Shown piece after piece: positions 43,491 to 52,049 of a DNA stretch of 64,000 bases. The first letter of the stretch is position 1. Every line of letters starts with the position of its first letter. Location: contig OZ242374.1 of assembly GCA_965209055.1 (NCBI GenBank), positions 32,001 through 96,000 of the forward strand, given 5' to 3'. The notes below the pieces were generated by a model. That model saw only the letters and a program-made list of their open reading frames with translations, made no database searches and was not told where the DNA came from. The DNA is from Acidobacteriota bacterium (GTDB lineage: Bacteria; Acidobacteriota; UBA6911; RPQK01; JAJDTT01). Made by a program: the position numbers and the translations under genes.

Positions 43491-43658
43491 ACCCGGTTCC
43501 TGTCGGAACTCGTCGATCTGGAAGGTCTGGAGAGAAATTCTCGGGGCGGGACCCAGGGCTTGGTTCGAATCGAGGGGCAGGAGGAGACCGCCGTGGCCGC
43601 AGTCGGGTACTCACGGGCGACGAATTGGTTTCATACGGTGCCGGTGGCGGCTGAGTAG
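43491..43658 (+). pseudogene. Truncated C-terminal fragment of another paralog of the secreted family (not in ORF track)
   Basis: Manual translation TRFLSELVDLEGLERNSRGGTQGLVRIEGQEETAVAAVGYSRATNWFHTVPVAAE* aligns with the C-termini of neighbouring paralogs. Confidence 0.75.
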
Positions 43659-43885
43659 TGGAACTCGACGGAGTGCTGGTCTGGGTTATATCCTCGATGC
43701 CCCTCTGGGAGGGATCAGATGGCTACGCACACCCCAGGCCCCCGGGTTCTCTGAGACTGCCAATCCCTGGAGGAGCGGCTCGTTGATCTGTTGAGTCTGC
43801 GTCCCGTCCTCGGGTTCGGCCAAAAGGCACTCTCCCGCATCATTAATTGCTGACTAAAGTTCTATTCTCTGCTGCACCCAAAGCC

Positions 43886-44689
43886 ATGGATTCATACAAG
43901 CTACACCTCGTCATTCTTGTTGTCCTGCTCTCGGTTGTCGGCCCCATCCGGGGGGCCGAACGGGAACTCCTATTCCCGATCGTGACGCACGTCGGGAACT
44001 ACAACTCCAGGATGGTCGTGATGAATCCATCCAAGTACAGGGTGAGCTACCACATCAAAGGTCTCAGCCCAGGTGCAGGGGGAAGTGGATCAAGCGGCAC
44101 TCTAGAGCCCGATAGCATGAGTGTCTTCGAACCTGGCCCTTTTCTCAGGCGCGCGGATTTTAAAGGTGGTTGGGGATTCGTAAGATACAGTTTCTTGGGA
44201 GTCCCCGACGCCGACAAGGAGCGAGCGAAACGCCTTCGCCTCTTGGCGTGGACGGAACTTCGGCTTTTAGATAAAGAGCATCCTCTAGTTCCGGTAATTG
44301 CAATAGCGAGCATCCCCGCCGTTGAGGCCGCGTTGGAATTCAGAGTGCCTGGTGTATTCCGAAGAGATGAAGAAGCGGCCATAGCGATCCTCAATCCGTC
44401 CGAGGAGCCGGTCCAAATCGAAGTCACTCTGCACCGTTACCGAAGGCCCGTCCGTAACCCGCCGTACGTCCAGGTCAAGAACAGGCTTACTGTGCCTCCG
44501 ATGGAGCGCCTGAGCCGATTTCTGGGGGAGTTGATGACGGAAGGCAAGGACGACCCACTGGAGGTGCCCCCGCCTCCCAACGGCAGCACCCTGCACATTC
44601 GCGGCAGTGCACCTATTGCTGTCGCAGCGCTGCTCTACAACCACGGGACCGGGGCGTATGGGAATCTTCCGGTCGTGAGGGTGGACTAG
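43886..44689 (+). CDS. Secreted hypothetical protein, paralog of 42569..43357
   Basis: Signal peptide; GGW, AAIAILNP, SRFLGEL, IAVAAL, LPVV motifs. Confidence 0.75.
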   Translation: MDSYKLHLVILVVLLSVVGPIRGAERELLFPIVTHVGNYNSRMVVMNPSKYRVSYHIKGLSPGAGGSGSSGTLEPDSMSVFEPGPFLRRADFKGGWGFVRYSFLGVPDADKERAKRLRLLAWTELRLLDKEHPLVPVIAIASIPAVEAALEFRVPGVFRRDEEAAIAILNPSEEPVQIEVTLHRYRRPVRNPPYVQVKNRLTVPPMERLSRFLGELMTEGKDDPLEVPPPPNGSTLHIRGSAPIAVAALLYNHGTGAYGNLPVVRVD

Positions 44690-44803
44690 GTGATCGCCCG
44701 CATAGCCCGGGTCGTTGCATAGATCTTCCGCAGTGCAGACTCCGAGTCCCGAAGCGGTGCGAGAACCGCAGGAGAGCCGCAGACCCTGACCATCGAGACG
44801 ATA

Positions 44804-45607
44804 GTGCATGAGATCCTGTCCCGTTTGAGAGCTGGTCAGTACGTTCTGGATTTAGGGTGCGGAACGGGTAGTTTCAACCGTCGAAACTACCCGTGCACCA
44901 CAATCCGCGTGGATCTGTCTCGTGAAGGAGATGTATCGGTCCAGGCCAACGCCGCTCAGTTGCCCTTCAGGGATAGTGTGTTCGACGCTGTGATTTGCAA
45001 CCATAGTCTGGAGCATTTTGAGAACCTTGATGGAGCACTTCTAGAACTGAAGCGAACAGCAAATCAGAACGCAGCCGTTTTCGTAGCCGTTCCGGATGCC
45101 AACACTCTCACGGATCGAGTATATCGGTGGCTGGCACGGGGCGGAGGACACGTCAACGGCTGGCGCTCGGAAAGGCATTTGGCCCGGCAGATCGAATCAC
45201 AGATCCAACTGAATCATCAGGGTACCCGGCTGCTTCTCACATCTCTGTCGTTCCTGAATCGGAAGAACAGGATCGCTCCGCCTCCCAAGAGGCTGTTCCT
45301 GTTGGCCGGAGGGAGTGAGAGTGCCTTGATCCTTTTGAACTACGTTTTACGTGTGATCGATCGGCTCCTGGGGACTCGACTAGCCGTTTATGGTTGGGCA
45401 ATGTATTTCGGTCACGTTCCGGGACCGATCGACACGAGACCTTGGACGAATGTCTGTGTTCGCTGTGGGTCTGGCCATAGGGCAGACTCGCTCATCAAGG
45501 CCGGCCGGATCCAGCACCGAAGCCTGGTCTGGTGGATCTGGACGTGTCCAATCTGTGAGACGAAAAATCTATTCACTGACGACGCCTACGGTGTTCAGTA
45601 CAACTAA
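44804..45607 (+). CDS. Class I SAM-dependent methyltransferase with C-terminal CxxC...CxxC
   Basis: VLDLGCGTG, LPFRDSVFDAVICNHSLEH; CVRC and CPIC near the C-terminus. Confidence 0.8.
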   Translation: MHEILSRLRAGQYVLDLGCGTGSFNRRNYPCTTIRVDLSREGDVSVQANAAQLPFRDSVFDAVICNHSLEHFENLDGALLELKRTANQNAAVFVAVPDANTLTDRVYRWLARGGGHVNGWRSERHLARQIESQIQLNHQGTRLLLTSLSFLNRKNRIAPPPKRLFLLAGGSESALILLNYVLRVIDRLLGTRLAVYGWAMYFGHVPGPIDTRPWTNVCVRCGSGHRADSLIKAGRIQHRSLVWWIWTCPICETKNLFTDDAYGVQYN

Positions 45608-45701
45608 CCGATGCGTCCGTGGGAGGATCGCCTGAAACCCTCGCCAAAGATCCCAGATGGGAAATAGACAGCCTTCCTTCTGCCTGGAGGAACCATTCCG
45701 G

Positions 45702-48700
45702 ATGTCAGTACACATTCTGAAGATTGAACCGCTTCCCCGATTGCGATCCACGACCTCGGTGCTAGCGGTAACTTTGGGCTTGGTTCTGCTGGCCGTACCG
45801 GAGAAAGCCACGGCGCAGATCGTCCCCGTCTGTGACCGGACTCCGGAAGTGCGCGACGCAATCGTGGAGAAGGTTCCGGACGTTAGCGATTGCGGTGATG
45901 TGACGGAGGCACATCTGGCTGAGATTGAGGGTGACCTCAATCTGGCAGGTCCGTACGATGTATGGGGTATTCCCTCCGGCGATCTCCCGAATCCCATTCT
46001 AGAGTTAAAGGCGGGGGATTTTAGCGGACTGTCCTCGTTGGAAGGACTTGGGTTACATGCCAACAAACTGACTACCCTTCCGGCGGGCCTCTTCCACGGG
46101 CTTTCTTCCCTGGAAACGCTCGCGCTGGGCCGCAATCCACTGACCTCCCTGCCGGCCGGGATCTTCTCGGGACTCATCTCGCTCCAATCGCTCGGGCTGT
46201 CCCTGCACTACAACGATATGGTTCCCCTGTCCGGCGACCTTTTCTCGGGACTCACCTCGCTCCAATGGCTCACTCTGTACATCGGGGGTCCTCTGCCAGA
46301 TGACCTCTTATTCGGATTGCCCACGCTGAAATGGCTCAAATTGAGAGTCAGCGACGGGACGACGCTGCCGGCTGGGATTTTCGCGGGACTGTCGTTGCTG
46401 GAGTCGCTCAACCTGGCCTTCAACCGATTGACCGAGCTACCGGCCGGGAACTTCTCCGGGTTGTCGTCGTTGAAATGGCTCGATCTGCGCGGCAATCGAT
46501 TAACGACACTGCCGGCCGGGATTTTCGCGGAACTGTCCACGCTGGAAGGGCTCGATTTGACAGACAATCGACTGACGACGCTGCCGGCCGGGATCTTCGG
46601 TGAGCTGTCCTCTCTGAAAGAGCTCAACCTGGGCGATAACGACCTGACCACACTCCCGGTCGGCGTCTTCGCCGGGTTGTCCTCGCTGGAAGATCTCTCT
46701 CTGGTTAGAAACAGCTTGACGACGTTGCCGACCGGCGTCTTTTCCGAGCTGTCCTCGCTGGAAGATCTCTCTCTGGGTGGCAACGGCCTGACGACACTGC
46801 CGGTCGGTGTCTTCTCCGGGTTGTCCTCGCTGGAACGGCTCTATCTTGGTGGCAACGGCCTGACGACACTGCCGGTCGGCGTCTTCGCCGGGTTGTCTTC
46901 GCTGGAAGGGCTCTCTCTGGGTGGCAACCGTCTGACGCCGTTGCCGATCGGGGTCTTCGCCGGGCTGTCCTCGCTGGAATGGCTCTCTCTGGATGGCAAC
47001 GGCCTGACGACGCTGCCGGCCGGGGCCTTCTCTGGACTGTCGTCCTTGAAACAGCTCTATCTGGAGAACAACCATCTGACGACGTTACCAGCTGGGGTCT
47101 TCTATGAGTTGTCCTCGCTGGAACGGCTCTTGCTGAGAAACAACGACCTGAGGACGCTGCCGGTCGGGGTCTTCGCCGGTTTGTCCTCACTGCGGGTGCT
47201 CCACCTGCGTTGGAACGAGCTGAGGTCGCTTCCAGTCGGGACCTTCGCTGGGCTGTCCTCGCTGGAAGAGCTCTACCTGAGAAATAACGACCTGAGGACG
47301 CTGCCGGCCGGAGTCTTCTCCGGGCTGTCCTCGCTGAAAGTGCTCAGCCTGAGCGACAACCGACTGACGACGCTGCCGATCGGAGTCTTCTCCGGGTTGT
47401 CCTCGCTGGAAGAGCTCTTTCTGGTCAGAAACAGATTAACGACGCTTCCGGCCGGGGTCTTCGCGGGGCTGTCCTCTTTGAAAACGCTTGGGTTGTATGA
47501 CAATCACCTGACCGCACTGCCGGAGGGGATCTTTTCCGGGCTGTCCGCGTTGGAATCGCTTTGGTTGTCTACCAATCGCTTGACCGCACTGCCGGAGGGG
47601 ATCTTTTCCGGGTTGCCGTCGCTACAAAAGCTTTCTCTGTCTGACAACTGGAACCAACTGACCACAATGATTTCGCTGGAATTCGCTGGGGAAGGCCGGT
47701 TCAGAGCCCGGGCCGACACCGGGGCCCTCTTTGAGATCGTGTTGCCGATCAATGTTGTCAACGGCGTCATCGACGGCGGATCGAGCCACATCAATATCCC
47801 CAGGGGCAGCGTGTATAGCGCCATGTTCACAGTTTCCCGCGACCCCGACCCGACGTCTGCCGTCTTCGTGGATATCGGCGAGTTGCCGGAGATGCCGGAT
47901 TCCGTTGATACGGACCTCACTCTGGTCAAATCGCCCCACTTGCCGCTGAACGTTCTGGAGGCGCCGAATCTGCACTTTGCCCATTTCGCCAATGGGGAGT
48001 CCATCACGTCCGAATTGGTGTTGGTGAACGTGGGCGACGAGCCGATCCGTCCGGTCATCTCCTTCCTGGACCGCGGAGGGAATCTCCTGTCCGGCGGATG
48101 GCTGGTCGAGATGAGGGAGGATCTGGAGGTTCGGGAGGACGGCTCGCTGAGGGTTCGGACGAGCATCGAACCGCTGGGGGAGCGCACGATCTCGACCCAT
48201 CCTCGAAGGACGATTGTGTCCGGATCGGTGCGGGTGGAGTCCGATGGTCCTCTCGGCGGGGTCCTCCGCTATGTCAATCCGGATATCGGCGTGGCCGGGG
48301 TGGGAGCGAGTCCACGCGTCCGGGACGCCATCTTCCCGGCTCGAAACCAGGCGGGAGGGATCCGCACAGCGCTCGCGATCCGCAGCCGGGCAGACGAATG
48401 GATGAGGGTGCGGTGCCAGTTGCTGCAAGCGGGCACTGTGCTGGAAGAGACGCAGATCTCCCTGACGCGCGACGGGCAAGCGGCCCGGTTTATCGATGAA
48501 TTGTTCACCCAGACCGACACGTCCGACTTCGTTGGTTCGGTGCGCTGTACGGCGCCGCGCGGCCAGCTTTTCACGGGAGTGGCCGTGGAATTGGATACAG
48601 AGAATCGGATCTTTACCACCCTGCCGATGGTGCCGGTGGAGCCCTTGGCGGACGGAAGCGAGGAAGGGACTCTGGTCTTCGCGCATTTCGGGAACGGATC

Positions 48701-49349
48701 GTCCATTCGATCCGAGTTGGTGTTGGTGAACGTGGGTGCCGATCCCCTACGGCCCGCCGTCTACTTTTACGATCAGGAGGGCGCCCAAATTGACGCGGAA
48801 TCGGTCGTGGAAGTGACGGGAGATCTGGAGGTTCGAGAGGACGGAGCACTGAGCGTCGGGACGGAAATGGTGGCGCTGAGCCAGCTCACGATCTCCACCC
48901 ACGGGCAAGGGGATTTGGTGACGGGATCGGTGCGAGTGGAGTCTGACGGACCCGTTGGCGGGGTCCTGCGCTTTGACATCCCAAGCGTGGGGGTGGCCGG
49001 GATTGGTGCCTCCCTGCCCGTTACGGCCGCGATGTTCCCGGCCCGGCGGCAGGACAACGGGATCAACACCGGAGCTGCGATCCGAAACCTCGAGTCGGAA
49101 GCCGTGACGTTGACCTGCGCACTCATGCAGAACGGTCGCATTCTGGCTGAGACGGAGATCGACCTGGACGCCGGCGGTCAGGTCGCCCGTTTCATCGACG
49201 AACTCTTCAAGGACGCCGATACTTCCGACTTCACCGGCTCAGTCCTCTGCACTGCGCTCCCGGGCGGATCCTTCACTGGAGTGGCCCTGGAGATGGATGC
49301 GGACAACCGGATCTTCACCACATTGCCCATGGTCCCGGTGCTCCGATGA
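45702..49349 (+). CDS. Secreted leucine-rich repeat protein 2 (about 23 LRRs + tandem C-terminal domains)
   Basis: Paralog of LRR protein 1 including the upstream GGAGGAACC.TTCCGGATG leader; start chosen by homology. Confidence 0.92.
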   Translation: MSVHILKIEPLPRLRSTTSVLAVTLGLVLLAVPEKATAQIVPVCDRTPEVRDAIVEKVPDVSDCGDVTEAHLAEIEGDLNLAGPYDVWGIPSGDLPNPILELKAGDFSGLSSLEGLGLHANKLTTLPAGLFHGLSSLETLALGRNPLTSLPAGIFSGLISLQSLGLSLHYNDMVPLSGDLFSGLTSLQWLTLYIGGPLPDDLLFGLPTLKWLKLRVSDGTTLPAGIFAGLSLLESLNLAFNRLTELPAGNFSGLSSLKWLDLRGNRLTTLPAGIFAELSTLEGLDLTDNRLTTLPAGIFGELSSLKELNLGDNDLTTLPVGVFAGLSSLEDLSLVRNSLTTLPTGVFSELSSLEDLSLGGNGLTTLPVGVFSGLSSLERLYLGGNGLTTLPVGVFAGLSSLEGLSLGGNRLTPLPIGVFAGLSSLEWLSLDGNGLTTLPAGAFSGLSSLKQLYLENNHLTTLPAGVFYELSSLERLLLRNNDLRTLPVGVFAGLSSLRVLHLRWNELRSLPVGTFAGLSSLEELYLRNNDLRTLPAGVFSGLSSLKVLSLSDNRLTTLPIGVFSGLSSLEELFLVRNRLTTLPAGVFAGLSSLKTLGLYDNHLTALPEGIFSGLSALESLWLSTNRLTALPEGIFSGLPSLQKLSLSDNWNQLTTMISLEFAGEGRFRARADTGALFEIVLPINVVNGVIDGGSSHINIPRGSVYSAMFTVSRDPDPTSAVFVDIGELPEMPDSVDTDLTLVKSPHLPLNVLEAPNLHFAHFANGESITSELVLVNVGDEPIRPVISFLDRGGNLLSGGWLVEMREDLEVREDGSLRVRTSIEPLGERTISTHPRRTIVSGSVRVESDGPLGGVLRYVNPDIGVAGVGASPRVRDAIFPARNQAGGIRTALAIRSRADEWMRVRCQLLQAGTVLEETQISLTRDGQAARFIDELFTQTDTSDFVGSVRCTAPRGQLFTGVAVELDTENRIFTTLPMVPVEPLADGSEEGTLVFAHFGNGSSIRSELVLVNVGADPLRPAVYFYDQEGAQIDAESVVEVTGDLEVREDGALSVGTEMVALSQLTISTHGQGDLVTGSVRVESDGPVGGVLRFDIPSVGVAGIGASLPVTAAMFPARRQDNGINTGAAIRNLESEAVTLTCALMQNGRILAETEIDLDAGGQVARFIDELFKDADTSDFTGSVLCTALPGGSFTGVALEMDADNRIFTTLPMVPVLR

Positions 49350-49483
49350 CCTGACGAGAATAGCTAGTGACGGCGGATCTCTGGACACGGGGCATCTGGA
49401 ATATCAATGCGAGGAAAAGTCTGCGCGCTCGTCGTGGAGTTTAAGGAATGATCAACCCAGGATTAGACCATGAGCAAGACTAA

Positions 49484-50673
49484 GGAAGGTCTGATTAAGT
49501 CGAGTCAGCGTTCTGCACGATAATCCCTTCATCATCACTGCGTGGGGGGAAAGACGATGTCGCAACGGACGTTCGCAGATCTGGAATACGACGCCAAGAA
49601 GCGGGTGACCCGTCGGGAGAAGTTTCTGGTCCGCATGGACGGGTTGATTCCGTGGGAGCAGTTGGAAGCCCGGATTGAGCCGTTTTACCCGAAAGCGGGA
49701 CGGGGCCGGCGTCCCTACCCGCTCTCGGCGATGCTGCGGATCCACTGCGTGCAGTTGTTTTACAACCTGAGCGATCCGGGGATGGAGGATCTGCTTTACG
49801 AGGTGGAGTCGGTGCGGCGGTTCGTGGGTCTGAAGCTCACAGGGCCGCTGCCGGACGAGACGACGATTCTGAAGTTCCGTCATCGGCTGGAGGAGCATGG
49901 TCTGGGGGAGGCGCTGTTCGAGGAGATCGGTTCTCACCTGCAGCGTCAAGGCCTGCGGCTGAGCCGGGGGACGATCGTGGACGCGAGTATCCTGGCGGCG
50001 CCTTCCTCGACGAAAAACAAGGATCGGGCGCGGGATCCGGAGATGCACCAGACGAAAAAGGGAAAACAGTGGTATTTCGGAATGAAGGCCCACCTGGGGG
50101 TGGACGCCCAGACGGGGGTGGCGCACACGGTGGTGACGGCTCCGGCCAACGAGCATGACGTGACGCGGGCCTCCGAATTGCTGCACGGCTCGGAGTCGCA
50201 AGTTTGGGGGGATTCCGGATACCAGGGAGTGCAGAAGCGGTCGGAGAATCGAGATCGGCCGGTGGATTGGCAGGTGATGATGAAGCCCGGGAAGCGTTGG
50301 CAGCTGTCGCCGGAGAGTGAGGCGGCGTTGGCCGAGCGGCGTAAGGCATCGGTACGGGCGAAGGCAGAACATGTGTTCGGGTACCTGAAACGGCATTTCG
50401 GCTACGCCAAGGTGCGCTACCGCGGGCTGGCGAAAAACACCCAACGGATCTATCTGCTGGTGGGATTCGCCAATCTGATGATCGCCGAGCGCTCCGGTGT
50501 GACCGCCTGATCGGAATGCGGCACGGCTGTGTTTGAGGCTGGGGAAACCGTCTCGCAATCGCTTGGTCAAGACCAATTCAGGGTTGCAAATCCCAGGTTA
50601 GAGCGTCTGGATCCGAAAAAGGGAGGGATACAAGGTCTGTTTCGCCCCATATGAGGACTTAATCAGACCTTCC
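49484..50673 (+). mobile_element. IS5 family insertion sequence, complete
   Basis: Perfect 18-bp IRs GGAAGGTCTGATTAAGTC / GACTTAATCAGACCTTCC; CTAA target duplication at 49480-49483 and 50674-50677. Confidence 0.97.
49557..50510 (+). CDS. IS5 family transposase
   Basis: PDETTILKFR, IVDAS, KKGKQWYFGMKAH, GDSGY, RAKAEHVF, RYRGL motifs. Confidence 0.96.
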   Translation: MSQRTFADLEYDAKKRVTRREKFLVRMDGLIPWEQLEARIEPFYPKAGRGRRPYPLSAMLRIHCVQLFYNLSDPGMEDLLYEVESVRRFVGLKLTGPLPDETTILKFRHRLEEHGLGEALFEEIGSHLQRQGLRLSRGTIVDASILAAPSSTKNKDRARDPEMHQTKKGKQWYFGMKAHLGVDAQTGVAHTVVTAPANEHDVTRASELLHGSESQVWGDSGYQGVQKRSENRDRPVDWQVMMKPGKRWQLSPESEAALAERRKASVRAKAEHVFGYLKRHFGYAKVRYRGLAKNTQRIYLLVGFANLMIAERSGVTA

Positions 50674-52002
50674 CTAAGTTGTCCCTCGCCGTTCTGCTGC
50701 TTCTGCCCCTGCTGCTTCTGGCCGGGCATTCACAGATCCCGGTCATTACTACGGACACTCCGCTCAAGACTCTGATCGTCCCTATCTACGCTCAGCACTT
50801 TTGGTACGAGACGACGATCTCAGTCATAGAGGCTTCTGGTCTGCCCACGACTTTCTGGGTCCGTGAATATACTGAGGCCGGAGACTTTGTCCACGGGGAA
50901 GGAGAGGAGCGTTTCTTGGCCGAGGACGCTTCTGAGGGCATAAGTTTCCATCCGCTTTTCTTGCACACGACGATTAAGAACGGATGGGCGTTGCTGTTGC
51001 ACCCGTCGAATCGCAAGCTCCATGCCGTCAGTACAGTGTGGAAGTACAATGATGACACGATTGAGTCCAGAGTATCCTCCGCGGCGGTAGAGCCTGCGGC
51101 CGCATTCCGATTCGGTGGATTTCGAGTAGAGGATCGGGAGACGGCGGTCTCGATCATCAACCCAACTGGTCACGACCAAAGGGTGACGATCCAGATGTAC
51201 GCCATGCGCGGGAAGCCTTTGCGGAGGCCGATCGAAGCGAGCTGGAAGATTGGTCCGATGGACCGGCTTAGTCGGTTTATCTCGGAATTGCTTCCCTTGG
51301 AGGAGTCCGTCGGCAACCCGCGCGATGTTGGTGGGATAATCCGAGTTGCCGGGGAATCGAGGATTGCGGTGGGTGCTCTGGGGTTCTCACACGGGACGGG
51401 GAAGATTTGGCATGTCCCTGTCGTTGCGGAACCCCAGAGCCATAACTAAGCCTCCTTCCTTAGTAAATCCAGTAATTCGTCGCTATCAACGTCGCGTCAA
51501 CCCGGCCTTCGTGGGCAGGGCCGTAACCGATCTCCAGGCTGGACCCGCAACTGTCTCTGGAAGGGGCCAAGACCCTTCCGTTGAATCACTCGGTAGCCAA
51601 GATCCGACTATTCTGACGCCTGTGTCCCTCCTCGGAAATCGATGAGATGGGTAAGGGCTTCGCCTGATTAGGAATGAGACTTGACTTGGCCAGGGTGTTG
51701 TCGAGTCGAGCCGACTTGGCGAGGGTGCCCGGCCATAAGCCCAGTCCCGGACGAACCGGCGCGGCAGGAAAGCCGATTGTTGGCGGCCGTGAAAAAGTGC
51801 AGTAAAGTGGCCTTCGAAAATGTCAGGCTCCGGTGGCGTGAGCGGGTGGTAATCCGGGACGGGCATGTCCGTTCACGGCCACGAAGAGCCGAGGACATCC
51901 ATTTCTTTCCGGTGGAAAGAATGGGGGGAACAACGTCTCCAAAACATACGTAAGTCGTTTAAGGTAAATGGTTTACAGAAATTATGGAAATAGTCCGCCG
52001 GG

Positions 52003-52049
52003 ATGCAGGGACGGTCGAATGCCGTGACGACTTTTACCACGGGCTGCTA
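52003..52049. repeat. Right half of the split MITE-like element
   Basis: GTCCGCCGGGATGCAGGGACGGTC pairs with GACCGTTCCTGCGCCCGCCGGAC (35891-35913); terminal GACTTTTACCACGGGCTGCTA. Confidence 0.8.

Larger units (their letters stand above)
49470..51449 (+). pseudogene. Secreted paralog interrupted in codon 5 by IS5
   Basis: Removing the IS and one CTAA restores ATG AGC AAG ACT AAG TTG TCC (MSKTKLSLAVLLL...) in frame with ORF 50679..51449; NGW, TAVSIINP, SRFISEL, IAVGAL, VPVV motifs. Confidence 0.85.
35963..52008. mobile_element. Integrative genomic island (~16 kb) bounded by direct repeats attL/attR
   Basis: AGTCCGCCGGGCTGTAG (35963-35979) vs AGTCCGCCGGGATGCAG (51992-52008), 15/17 with an 11-bp perfect core; integrase adjacent to the left repeat; AT-richer ends and cargo. 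Confidence 0.8.

Noticed and set aside
39574-47650. LRR arrays as CRISPR array or DGR variable region
   Set aside because: Repeats are in-frame degenerate 72-bp coding units; no cas genes, reverse transcriptase or adenine-specific template/variable pair seen in the window.
36135-51449. Integron interpretation (integrase followed by co-oriented cassettes)
   Set aside because: The integrase is P4-like with an arm-binding domain and no recognisable IntI insertion; I found no paired RYYYAAC/GTTRRRY attC sites between the genes.
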